64,000 nucleotides of DNA from Somniosus microcephalus (Eukaryota), in contig CM126202.1 of the NCBI GenBank assembly GCA_052327205.1, positions 118,668,001 to 118,732,000 on the forward strand, read 5' to 3'. A program made the position numbers and the translations under genes. The notes beneath the pieces were generated by a model that saw only the letters and a program-made list of their open reading frames with translations, made no database searches and was not told the origin of the DNA. Shown one piece after another: positions 26,801 through 39,400 of the stretch (position 1 is the stretch's first letter; the number at the start of each line of letters is the position of its first letter).

Positions 26801-28721
26801 AATGCTCTTCATTCTGGAGATCTTGGGAAGAAATGGGTGGACTTAGTGGTTTTTCTTCTTTTTAAAAGCTACTGTTTCACATGGCTTGCAAAATATATCT
26901 CTCCTTTTTTGTTTCCCACACCAATTGATTTATCATTTTGCTTGCAAGCAGACTTAGAATGTTAGGGCAGGGACACACTCACTTTTTTCTCGTAACTTTT
27001 TTGTTGCAGGCCGAAACCAGTTGACTTGAATAAATTTTTCTGCAGTCTGAATGAAGCCAGCAACGTGGAAAAATCTTGCCATTCAGGGTTGTCTGAATGT
27101 ACATTTCAGCCACACAGTAAGCTGTATTTGTAGGCAGTGGACTGCTAAATACAACCATTTTTCGCAGCGGAGAGTTAGACAGGTGATTAGCATAATTAGC
27201 ACAGACCAAGCTATACATATGGAAATGCTAAGTGTGTAAATGCCAGCTGCGGTGTAAAATTTATGTCAGGGGGTCGACAGGGCTGTGTGAAAGTATTGTG
27301 TTACAGCTGCAGGTCAAAGCCTCCATTGCTTACCCCCTTTCTTTTGATAGTGAATGCGCTAAACAGAAGAGAGGAGAGAAAGAACGAGAAAGAGAAGAGA
27401 AAAAGAAATATAACAGATAAGGCTTTGATAAAACATTATGATTGCTCTAAAAGTTTCTGTTTTCTTTAGTGGGTTTGTCTTTACTCTTTTTCCATCTTCA
27501 GTGCATCCCTGCATTTGTTGATCGTTGACCATTTCTCATCATAATTTCTATGCAATGTTGCACCCATTTTAGTTTCTAAAAGATATCTCAAATTTGTGAA
27601 ATACTTTTGACGGGTAGCATCTGTTTTAATTTGCAGTGAAATGCAACAACAACTGCTTGTAAACATTTAAAACATTTTTTGTGTTTAAACATTTCTTCCA
27701 TGTGCATATATATCAATTTGGTGGCAAAACTGAATGAGTGCTATCTCTACTGTATCATAATATGTGATCTCAATTAATATTTTTTGAATAAAAATGTCTA
27801 GATTTCTTTTTTGTTTTTTCATGTGGGTTAGTAAATGTATTTCTAAAGTTCCTTCTTGCCTTCTGATGGGAAAAAAACACTAGGAGAATATATTTGGATG
27901 TTTGAGAGGAAGCCATAAATTTTGTTTGCTATAAATTGTTCATTCAGTTTTTGGTTTTGTATCTATTTTATGATAGACTCGCGATGTTGGTAGTAGAGTA
28001 TAGTTAACATCACACTGACCCTGTGATGAAACTTCCTCATGGCTACAGGGGGTCCTTATGAGTCAGCCCCTAATCCAGCTAATCCTAGTCGCAACAAAAT
28101 CATGAAAGTGGCCCCCAGTGATGTGTGTTTCCCTGCACAGATGCAGAGGAAAAGTGTTGGTTATAAATCACTCAGAAATGATGTTCCATACAGACTGGGG
28201 AGCTTGTGTGAAGCTGGGGGCGACCATTGTGTTTGCCCCATGTGGCCTACAGTGGAAAACCAATGAAAAGAGACTTTGTTGCCTGGAGGTGAGACCTGCT
28301 CAGAACTGATCGGTGATGTCAGCTTCACAGAATGTGGATAAGAGGAGTGGGGTCAGTGTGACGCAACAAAAGTGAATGTAGTGACATGAGGTTGCAGCCT
28401 TTAAGCAGAGATTGTATGTTTCCTGAGACATTTAGTTCAAGTTTCTACAACACTTGTCATATGTAATAAGACTAGTCATGTAGATAGATGTTTGAGGTAA
28501 ATATTTTTTGATACTTTGATGGAATTTAATTTTAATTTCTTTGACGTTAATATTATTATTAAATGTTGCCAACATAAATTCAGATATATTTTTGCAAGAG
28601 GATCACGATAGTTAATTTTGCATGGTTTTACAATTGTGAATATTTACCGTTCAAGTTTACATTCAACAAATTTGTAAAAATTGAATTCTACAAAATTGTC
28701 ATTTTCAGTTTTATACTCTTG

Positions 28722-29060
28722 CAGTGGGTAAATGCACTGAATGGTGGTGTGCACAGCCACACAGACCAAGCTCTCAAGTCCGATCTCTGATCTGTGCTGA
28801 GTTAACTGATCCAGTTAAGCATGCACTGCAGTTGGTCTTCGAACCAGCAGTTAGGGTGGAAAATCAGCCCAAGGTTCCTGCTCGTGATCAGAAACACTTG
28901 CTGGAAAGTAGGCATGTCTGAACATTGACTGAAGACGGCATCAGTTCAGTTATGTGTCAGTGCTGAATAGCCTGCTGACACTCACTTGTGCATGGTACCA
29001 GAGGCTGCTAGCATTCATGGAATGGTACCACAGCATAACTCGTCTCCTTCAGGAGAGAAA
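28722..29060 (+). mobile_element. LF-SINE-like element
   Basis: Collinear blocks TCTGTGCTGAGTTAACTGATC, AAATCAGCCCAAGGTTCCTGCTCGTGATC, TGCTGGAAAGT, GAATAGCCTGCTGACACTCACT, CCTTCAGGAGAG match the recalled LF-SINE consensus. Confidence 0.75.
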
Positions 29061-29223
29061 ACTGAAATCTATTTTGAAGTTATTGAGATACAGAATCTTA
29101 ACATCGCTTTTGACTAGAGTGGTACTGGTTCAGGTGCGGTGGTGTAGTGAACCAGATCACTAGCTTTGTAAAGATGGTAAAACTTGATTCTTTCATTTTC
29201 ATATTGTGTTGACTGAAGAATGT

Positions 29224-29759
29224 GGGCCCAAAATTTACCCAAACGACACTACTGGGGTGGAAGTCGGGCACGGGAGTCCGTCTAAGGTGGGGTATCTTCC
29301 AAGATCCAGGGATGCTAGATCGCCACTCAGAATCCTGCCTGCTGGTAATTCAAACTGGGGCCTGGTTGGGGAAGAACTTGGGTCTGCCCCAAACATCAGT
29401 GGCAGAGGAGCTGAGGGGAGGGAATTCCAACCACTGGTAATTTCTCAGCTCTTGGCTTTCCTACTGCAGAGCAAACTGAACTCGGTGTACAGGTCTGCTC
29501 AGTGGCACAAACGGGACCCACAGGGAGTCCAAGCTTGGTCCCGGCCCGGATCTGGTAGCACGTCGGGTATCGGGCCTCAGCACATCATACAAGTTTTTTT
29601 GAAGACTGTCAGCGAATGACTTGCCATCCCTCCTCTAGAAAGATGTGTCCATCGTGGCAAACGCCTCCACAATTTGAATACAAATCAATTGACCCAACTT
29701 TACTTTGGAAACTTCAGCAGGCTTATGCTGGCAGAGCAGGGCCAAGGATTTTTGGCTCC
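29224..29759. mobile_element. Probable degenerate non-autonomous DNA transposon
   Basis: GC-richer block bounded by weak inverted ends GGGCCCAAAATTT / GGATTTTTGGCTCC. Confidence 0.35.
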
Positions 29760-29899
29760 ACTTTAGTTTAGTCATGATACTATCACATATCAGAATGTGG
29801 TTTTCTGTATAAGTTGATTTTGAAGCCTCTGTTATTAGTACTGAAGCAGAGTGGAATAGCAGGAGATATTAACTACTGAAGATATATTTCCCCGTGTCC

Positions 29900-30218
29900 A
29901 TTTTTGGATTTCCAAAAGGTATTCGATAAGGTGCCACATAAAAGGTTGTTACACAAGATAAGGGCTCATGGAGTTGGGGGTACTATATTAGCATAGATAT
30001 AGAATTGGTTAACGGACAGTAAACAAGAGAGTACGGATAAACAGGTCATTTTCAGGTTGGCAGGCTGTAACTAGTGGGGTGCCGCAAGGATCAGTGCTTG
30101 TGCCTCAGCTATTTACAATCTATATTAATGACTTAGATGAAGTGAGCAAGTCTAATGTATCCAAGTTTGCTGACGAAAGAAAGCTAGGTGGGACAGTAAG
30201 CTGTGAGGAGGAGACAAA
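29900..30218 (+). mobile_element. CR1-type LINE RT fragment
   Basis: DFQKVFDKVPHKRLLHKIRAHG...PQGSVLVPQLFTIYINDLDE..VSKFADERKLGG. Confidence 0.88.
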
Positions 30219-30985
30219 GACTCGATTTTGTCAATGGGGAGCTTTTGGAGGCGGGACTCCCACTTTTTGGGTTGTAGTCCCGCCTCCATCGACTTGTGGC
30301 CAACCCACGCTATTTTCCCTTGATTGACCTTGTTAAGCCCGCCCAGCGGGCTCAGCAGGCCAATTAAGGGACACCTGGTTACTGGTGACGTCAGCGATTG
30401 ACCTTTCATCTGTCAAGAGCTTTTGACAGCTGAAAAATCAGCGTTTGACAGCTCTGTGAAGCGGTCAAACACTGACAATCTGTCTTCTAACTTGAGTCCT
30501 TCTACTCAGACTCAGAGAGCTCTCCAGACCAGAAAGCAGAGGCTGTAGCTTTTGACAGTTCAGCGGCCATTCTGCTTTCTGTGCCGGTGAGCTGAGGGAC
30601 TCCCGAGAACTGAAGGAAGGAAGCCTGCAGGAGAAAGTAAAGGTAAGTAAAACTTATTAAAACACTTTACACTTACCTCACACACTTACCTCTGCACACA
30701 TGCACCCATCACTCACCTGCACAACGGACATCTCGACCCCTCTAACCCCTGCAGACCGACGGTCCACCTCGCTAACTTGGTGTGGTTCGGAGCCGTCGGA
30801 CAGCCCACACTTCAGGGCTAAAAATAGGGATTAGGCAAAAAACTGCCTGTCAACTACCTGTTAACAGGCAGTTAATTGGCACTAATCCCCTTCCCGCCTC
30901 AGGGAGGCTGCTCCCAGCACAGGTCGGGTACCCGCCTCCTGGGACATTGGCATCAAGATACCTTATTATACAAATATTGACTGCG
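30219..30985. mobile_element. GC-rich interspersed repeat of unresolved class abutting the CR1 fragment
   Basis: Abrupt composition change; motifs (GGCCAATTAAGG, CCCGCCTC) shared with the subterminal regions of the 2304-5047 element. Confidence 0.35.
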
Positions 30986-31077
30986 GTTAAGGTAGTAGTT
31001 AACTATTGACCTGAGGGTTCCTGAAGTGACAGAGTGTGAGGAAAACTTGGGTTGAAATTCCTCTTTATGATATTATT

Positions 31078-31615
31078 AAGAACTTAAGAAATAGGAGCAG
31101 GAGTATGCCATACAGCCCCTCGAGCCTCCTTCTCCATTCAATAAGATCATGGCTGATCATCGACCTCAACTCCACTTTCCAGCCCGATCTCCATATCCCT
31201 TGATTCCCCTAGAGTCCAAAAATCTATCTATCTCAGCATTGAATATATTCAAAGACTCAGCATCCACAGCCCTCTGGGGCAGAAAATCCCAAAGATTCAC
31301 AATCCTCTGAGTGAAGAAATTCCTCCTCATCTCGGCCTACTCCTTATCCTGAGACTATGCCCCCTAGTTCTAGACACACTAGCCAGGGGAAACAACCTCT
31401 CAGCATCTACCCTGTCAATCCCCTTCAGAATCTTGTATGTTTCCATGAGATTACTTCTCTTCTAACTAAACTCCAGAGAGCATAGGCCCATTCTACACAA
31501 TCTCTCATCATAGGACAGCCCTCTCATCCCAGGAATCAATCTAGTGAATCTTCGTTGCACCACATCCAAGTCAAATATATCCATCCTTAGATAAGGAGAC
31601 CAAAACTGTGCACAC
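31078..31615 (-). mobile_element. CR1-type LINE 3' end
   Basis: AAGAAATAGGAGCAGGAGTATGCCATACAGCCCCTCGAGCC tail; the upstream part encodes the ORF2 C-terminus (CAQFWSPYLRMDI..) on - strand. Confidence 0.88.
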
Positions 31616-31724
31616 TAATTAACGTGAAAATGACTCTGGCCACTCGACTTTGGCTTTGGGTAGGTGGCTCGGGCGCCTCACCGTTATTGCGCCCATTTTG
31701 TCCCGAGCGAAAACTCTGCCCTGT

Positions 31725-34700
31725 GGCTCATGTCATCAGCATACATATGGAAGCTGACACCATGTTTGTAGATTCTGTCATAAAAGGGCTGCAGGTAGAT
31801 GAATAAGAGGAAGGACTCCTAAGGTGACAGTGTAGGGATGGGAAGGGAACCCGTTGATAAAGATGCTCTGGTTATAATTGGATAGATAAGAGTGGAACCA
31901 AGCATAGTGGTTACGTTACTGGACTAGTAATCCAGAGATCTGGAGACATCAGTTCAAATCCCATCACGGCAGCTGGGGAATTTAAATTCAGTTAATTAAA
32001 TAAATAAATAGCTAGTATCAGTAATGGTGACCATGAAACTACAGGATTGTCATAAAAACCCATCTAGTTCACTAATGTCCTTTAGGGAAGGAAATCTGCC
32101 GTCCTTACCTGATCTGGCCTATATATGACTCCAGAACCATAGCAATGTGGTTGACTCTTAACTGCCCTCAGAAATGGCCTAGCAAGCCACTCAGTTGTAA
32201 AAAACCTCTACATAAAACAAGAAGAATAAAACCGGACGGACCACCCGGCAGCGACCTCAACTATGGATACGACAATGGCACACCCAGCCCAGTCGACCCT
32301 GCAAAGTCCTCCTCACTAACATCTGGGGACTTGTGCCAAGATTGGGAGAGCTGTCCCACAAACTAGTCAAGCAACAGCCTGACATAGTCATACTCACAGA
32401 ATCATATCTTTCAGCAATGTCCCAAACTCCTCCATCACCATCCCTAGGTATGTCCTGTCCCACCGCAGGACAAACCCACCAGAGGTGGTGGCACAGTGGC
32501 ATACAGTCGGGAAGGATTGGCCCAGGGAGTCCTCAACACTGACTCCAGACCCCATTAAGTCTCATGGCTTCAGATCAAGCATGGGCAAGGAAACCTCCTG
32601 TTGATTACCACCTACCGCCATCCCGCAGCTGATGAATCAGTACCCCTCCATGCTGAACACCACTTGGAAGAAGCACTGAGAGTAGCAAGGGCACAGAATG
32701 TACTCTGGGTGGGGGACTTCAATGTCCATCACCAAGAGTGGCTCGGTAGCACCACTACTGATCGAGCTGTCGTGAGTCCTGAAGGATATAGCTGCCAGTC
32801 TGGGCCTGCGACAGGTGGTAAGAGAACCAACACGAGGGAAAAACCTAATTGACCTCGTCCTCACCAACCTACCTGTCGCAGATGTATTTGTCCATGACAA
32901 CATTGGTAGGAGTGACCACTGCACAGTCATTGTGGATACGAAGTCCCATCTTCACACTGAGGACAACCTCCATCATGTTGTGTGGCACTACCACCGTGCT
33001 AAATGGGATAGATTCAGAACAGATCTAGCAGTTCAAAACTAGGCATCCAGAAGGTACTGTGGGCCATCAGCAGAAGCAGAATTGTATCCCACCACAATCT
33101 GTAACCTCATGGCCCGGCATGTCCCTCACTCTATCATTACCGTCAAGCCAGGGGACCAACCCTGGTTCAATAAGGAGTGTAGAAGAGCATGCTAGGAGCA
33201 GCACCAGGCGTACTTAAAAGTGCGGTGCCAATCTGCGGAAGCTACAACACAGGACTAAATGCATGCTAAAAAGCAGAAGCAGCATGCTGTAGACAGAGCT
33301 AAGCGATCCCGCAATCAACAGATCAGATCAAAGCTCTGCAGTCCTGCCACAACCAGTCATGAACGGTGGTGGACCACTAAACAACTAACAGGAGGCTCTA
33401 TGAATATCCCCATCCTCAATGATGGTGGAGCCCAGCACGTGAGTGCAAAAGACAAAGCTAAAGCGTTTGCAACCATCTTCAGCCAAAAGTGCTGAGTGGA
33501 TGATTCATATCGGCCTCCTCCTGAGGTCCCCACCACCACAGAAGCCAGTCTTCAGCCAATTCGATTCACTCCACGTGATATCAAGAAATGGCAGAGCGCA
33601 CTAGATATAGCAAGGGCTGTGGGCTCTGACAACATCCCGGCTGTCGTGCTAAAACCTTGTGTTCCAGATCTAGCCATGTCTCTAGCCAAGCTGTTCCAGT
33701 ACAGCTATAACACTGTCATCTATCCTACAATGTGGAAAACTACCCAGTTATGTCCTGTCCACAAAAAGCAGGACAAATCAAATCCGGCCAATTACCGCCC
33801 CATCAGCCTATTCTCAATCATCAGCAAAGTGATGGAAGGTGTCGTCGACAGTGCTATCAAGCAACACTTACTCACCAATAACCTGCTCACCAATGCTCAG
33901 TTTGGGTTCCACCAGGACCACTTGGCTCCAGACCTCATTACAGCCTTGGACCAAACATGGACAAAAGAGCTGAATTCCAGAGGTGAGGTGAGAGTGACTG
34001 CCCTTGACATCAAAGCAGCATTTGACCGAGTGTGGCATCAAGGAGCCCTAGTAAAACTGAAGTCAATGGGAATTAGGGGGAAAACTCTCCACTGGCTGGA
34101 GTCATACCTAACACAAAGGAAGATGGTTGTGGTGCTTGGAGGTCAATCATCACAGCCCCAGGACACCGCTGCAGGAATTCCTCAGGGCAGTGTCCTAGGC
34201 CCAACCATCTTCAGCTGCTTCATCAATGTCCTTCCCACCATCATAAGGTCAGAAGTGGGGATGTTCGCTGATGACTGCACAGTGTTCAGTGCCATTCACA
34301 ACGCCTCAGATAATGAAGCAGTCCATGCCCGTATGCAGCAAGACCTGGACGACATTCAGGCTTGGGCTGATAAGTGGCAGGTAACATTCACGCCACACAA
34401 GTGCCAGGCAATGACTCTCCAACAAGCGAGCGTCTAACCACCACCCCTTGACATTCAACGGCATTACCATCGCCAAATCCCCCACCATCAACATCCTGGG
34501 GTTACCATTGACCAGAAACTTAACTGGACCAGCCACATAAATACTGTGGTAACAAGAGCAGATCAGAGGCTGGGTATTCTGCGGTGAGTTTTTCAACTCC
34601 TGACTCCCCAAAGCCTTTCCACCATCTACAAGGCACAAGCCAGGAGTGTGATGGAATACACTTGCCTGGATGAGTGCAGCTCCAACAACACTCAAGAAGT

Positions 34701-35760
34701 TCAACACCATCCAACACAATGCAGCCCGCTTGATTGGCACCCCATCCACCACCTTAAACATTCACTCCCTCCACCACCGGCGTACATTGGCTACAGTGTG
34801 TACCATCTACAAGATGCACTGCAGCAACTCGCCAAGGCTTCTTCAGCAGCTCCTCCCAAACCCGCAACTTCTACCACCTAGAAGGACAAGGACAGCAGGC
34901 GCATGGGAAGAGCATCACCTGCAAGCTCCCCTCCAAGTCACAAACCATCCTGACTTGGAAGTATATCGCTGTTCCTTCATTATCGCTGGGCCAAAATTCT
35001 GGAACTCCCTCCCTAACAGCACTGTGGGAGTACCTTCACCACACGGACTGCAGCAGTTCAAGAAGGCAACTCACCACCATCTTCTCAAGTGCGACTAGAG
35101 ATGGGCAATAAATGCTGGCCTTGCCAGCGACGCCTACATCCCATGACGAATATTTTAAAAATGGCAGTTCCGTGGAACTGGACAACATGAGAAGCTTTGC
35201 AGGAGAATGGCGTGGTCAATCATTTCAAGAGGTCAAGGAGGATTAATGCAATATGGTTGGAGTCATTGAGATATGCATTCACTGGTACGGGGGAAGGAAG
35301 CCGGATTGGAGGGATTGAAACAGAGAGTTGTGTGAGAGATGGCCATGGAACTGGGAGGCAAAAGCACAGAATGGGTGATAGTTGGTGAGAAGAGAGGGGT
35401 CAAGAGTAGGTTTTTAAGGAGGAAGTAATGATGGTGGTTTTCAAAGGGAGGAGGACAATACAGTGCTCAAGGACAGCGAACTATTTACAATGCCAGCTAA
35501 CTTGGGGCAAGCAAGGGATATGGAATGGTAAGGAGTTTAATGGGAATGTTGTCAACAAACCAGGGGGAAGATAAGCTTGGAGAGGACAGGGTGTGATGGG
35601 GGAAGAAACTAGAGGGAGATAGGAGTTTATGGCTAGAGTGGAAGGGGGCTGGCATAGGGGGCACAAGGAAGGGGCTTGGGTGGTGGAACAGTGAGGGCAC
35701 TTGAACAGATGACCTCGATCTTAATGTAGTAAGAGCATCCTGGCCAACTTGTTCCAAAGT
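31725..35760 (-). mobile_element. Old L2-type LINE fragment (31725-31900 and 35162-35760), split by the SINE-headed LINE
   Basis: Reverse strand VSFHMYADD RT motif at ~31733-31758; purine-rich L2-like sequence resumes after 35161. Confidence 0.6.
31901..35161 (+). mobile_element. Near full-length, disrupted CR1/Jockey-group LINE (APE endonuclease + RT) with a tRNA/Deu-SINE-like 5' head and no ORF1
   Basis: Head 31901-32197 with TAGTGGTTA and B-box GTTCAAATCCC (31952); EN motifs PDIVILTESYL, VGDFNVHH, IDLVLTN, SDH; RT NYRPISL, LDIKAAFDRVWH, PQGSVLGP, FADD; tail GATGGGCAATAAATGCTGGCCTTGCCAGCGACGCCTACATCCC; several stops and frameshifts. Confidence 0.9.
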
Positions 35761-36088
35761 AAGGGTACAGTTTTTGACTTCAGATGTTATTATGGACTCT
35801 TGATAATTTCAGTAACATGAAAAACAATTTGTTATAATTACAGCCTTCTGTTACAGTCAATGTTAGGCATATAACATATGACTGTATGTACTGTAAAGTT
35901 ATTTTTTTTAACAGAGAAGTCTCTATTTGCCTGCTTAGATTCTTCTATACATTGAGCTGAAAATGAATGATTTCATGTTCATGGATAGATATATCAGCCA
36001 GCAAAGAAAAGTTTCTGAACAATCTGAAATCCATGGAAATGTTCAGAGCAAACAGTGTAGAAGAGAAAAGCTGATCTTCCTGTGCTGG

Positions 36089-36442
36089 TGTGGCGGAGCC
36101 ACTGAATGACTCTGGGCAACTGTATATAATTCCCTTTAACGATGTTCTAACACCAGCCTAAGCCGGTACCATTGTGTTAGACATTACTTCGTTTTGTATA
36201 TAGTGTTTGTATGCACGGGGCGTGGCCCCTTTAAGAGCGCGGGAAAACGCGGGCAAGCGCGATGACGTCATGTCGCAAACCACGTGACTGCCCAGGCAGT
36301 CCTCGTGGAAGCTCCATCTTGTTAAGACCTGTTTCGTGGTTCTCCTGTATCGATCTCATCAAACTGTTTGAACTCGTTTAGTTTTACATTTGATCTCCTG
36401 AGTCGACCTCAGTTATTAGTTAGGAATTTGTCAATTCCTACA
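36089..36442 (+). repeat. 5' LTR (354 bp)
   Basis: TGTGGCGG...CCTACA, near-identical to 40286-40641. Confidence 0.97.
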
Positions 36443-36489
36443 TTGGTGACCCCGTCTTTTGTGAACATTTTTCACAAAAAGGACACAGC

Positions 36490-39400
36490 ATGGAGGCCAA
36501 CGCCGTTTCGCTGAAGCTACCGCAGTTCTGGGAGCAGCAAGCGACCTCGTGGTTCATTCAGGTCGAGGCCCAATTCGCCCTGACGTACATCGTTGCGGAT
36601 CGGACCAAATATCTCTATGTGGTCTCCGCCCTCGACAGTTCTACAGCCTCGCGGATCGTCAGCCTCCTCGAGAACCCTCCGGAGGACCACAAGTATGAAA
36701 CCCTCAAGGCGCGGTTGCTGCAAGTTTTCGGGCTCACTAAGGCGGAGCGCGCCCGTCGATTGCTCGCTATGCCCGGGCTCGGGGACTCCAAGCCTTCGGA
36801 GTTAATGAGCCAAATGCTCACACTCCTTGGCTCCGAACCAGAATGCTTCCTATTCCGGGAAATATTCCTCAGCCAGCTACCGGAGCAGGTGCAAGCCGCC
36901 CTGGCCAGATCCGAAGTTGAGGACTGCGCCACACTCGCGGCAGAGGCGGACAAAATTTTCGCGGTTACTCAGCAGAACTGCGCTACCACGAGGCGCCCAT
37001 CCCCCACAGATGCCGCCCCAGCTCGTCAGCCTGCTGGGCTGTGTTTCTACCACGCGCAGTTTGGCGCGAAAGCGAGACGTTGCCGCCCTCCCTGCAGCTT
37101 CCCCCAAAAAAAACAACTGCGACCACCGAGGAACGGGTCTAACGGGCGCCCCGCGGCCGCGATCGGCAACGCGGGCAAGTTGCTGTTTATCACCGATACT
37201 CTCTCCGGTCGTCATTTTCTGTGCGACACTGGAGCGCAGTGCAACATATTACCCGCGTCCGCCCTCGATGTGCAGATCGGGATTCATGGCCTCGCCCTTG
37301 AAGCGGCCAATGGCGGAGCAATTCGGACCTTCGGCAGACGGCGGGTGCAGTTGTGTTTCGGGGGCCAACGCTTTTACTGGGACTTTGTTATGGCCAAGGT
37401 TTCGCAACCCATTCTCGGCGCGGATTTCCTGTGCGCCAACAGCCTCCTGGTCGACGTGCGGAACCGGCGGTTGGTCAACGCGGCAACTTTCCATTCTATC
37501 CCTTGTTACCACAGTAACACTACATCGCGCACCGTCGCCTGTGCTTTTCCGGCTCCGGATGAGTTCACCCGCCTGCTAGGCGAACTCCCCGACCTGACCA
37601 GACCCACGTTCTCCTCCACAGCCATGGAACACGGTGTGGAACACCACATCACCACCAACGGTCCCCCGGTCTACGCGCGGGCCCGGCACCTGGAACCTGG
37701 CAAGCTGGCGGTCGCAAAAGCGGAGTTCGTGACCATGGAACGGTTAGGGATTATTCACCGGTCGAATAGTCCCTGGTCTTCACCCCTCCAAATCGTCCCG
37801 AAGCCTGGCGGCGGTTGGCGGCCATGCGGCGACTATCGACGCCTAAACGATGCCACCACTCCTGATCGGTACCCGATCCCCCACATCCAGGATTTCTCCG
37901 CCCATTTGGCAGGGAACACTGTCTTCTCGAAAGTCGACCTCGTCCGGGGCTACCACCAGGTCCCCGTTCATCCCCAAGACGTCCAGAAGACCGCAGTCAT
38001 CACCCCATTCGGCCTTTTCGAGTTTTTAAGAATGCCATTTGGGTTGAAGAACGCCGCCCAGGCTTTCCAACGCCTGATAGACTCCGTTCCTCTCAAGTTC
38101 CTCTTCGTCTACCTGGACGATATTCTCATTGCCAGTCCCAATAAAGAAGAACACATCTGTCACCTACGCACCCTCTTTTGACGTCTCAGCCAACATGGCC
38201 TGATTATCAGCCTGGCCAAGTGTCAGTTTGGCCTGCAACAAATTGATTTCCTGGGGCATCGCATCACTTCAGAGGGAGCGGTTCCTTTACAAGCGAAGGT
38301 AGAGGCGGTGACAGCCTTTCCACGCCCGGAAACCATTAGGGCCCTGCAGGAATTCCTAGGCATGGTAAACTTTTACCACCGTTTCGTGCCTAAGGCAGCA
38401 CTACTCATGCAACCCCTGTACGAGACCCTCAAGGGCAAGACTGGCAAAGATAAGGTAGACTGGACGGATGACATGGCCCGGGCGTTCGCTGACACCAAAA
38501 GCGCCTTGGCCAATGCAACTATGCTGGCGTACCCGCTACCAGGAGCCACCATCGCCCTCACCACCGACACGTCAGATTACGCAATCGGCGCCGTGCAGGA
38601 GCAGTGGGTGAACGGGACGTGGCAGCCGTTGGCATTCTTCAGCCATCAACTACGGCGGAACGAGAGAGCGTATAGCACTTTCGACCGGGAGTTGCTCGCT
38701 CTTTTTCTGGCCATCTGCCATTTTCGCTTCCTCCTCGAAGGACGTCCCTTCACCGTCTTCGTGGACCATAAACCGCTCACCTTCGCCATGGCCAAGACCG
38801 CCGAACCGTGGTCATCCCGACAGCAGCGTCAACTGACCTATATATCCGAGTTCACCACGGATGTACAGCACGTGGCCGGTAAGGACAACCTGGTGGCCGA
38901 CTGCCTCTCCCGCGCGACCGTCAATATGGTTCATTTAGGCATCGATTACGCCCTCATGGCAGCGGATCAAGCCTCGGACCCAGAAGTCCAAGCCTACAGA
39001 ACCACCGTCACTGGCCTCCAGTTGGCCGACGTCAAGCTCCATGCGGCAGGTACCACGCTCTTGTGTGACGTCTCCGTACGGGACCCTCGCCCTGTCGTAC
39101 CGGCCGGCTGGCGCCGCAAAGTGTTCGACGCCATACATGGGTTGTCACACCCAGGAATGAAGGCCTCCCAGAAGCTGATGTCAGTGAAATTCGTATGGCA
39201 CAGCATGCACAAGGATGTCCACGACTGGACCAACACCTGCGTGGTCTGCCAAAAGGCCAAAGTGCAGCGTCACATCAAAGCTCCGTTGGTCACCTTCACA
39301 GTGCCGGAGCGACGGTTTGACCATGTCAATGTGGACCTGGTGGGGCCACTCCCACCCTCCCATGGTTTTTCACACATCCTGACCATGGTTGACCGCACCA

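Noticed and set aside
31905-31965. tRNA gene
   Set aside because: A/B boxes present but no cloverleaf or terminator; it is a SINE-type head
38179-38181. In-frame TGA as programmed readthrough
   Set aside because: Falls inside the RT domain, not at the gag/pol boundary; most simply a CGA>TGA CpG mutation
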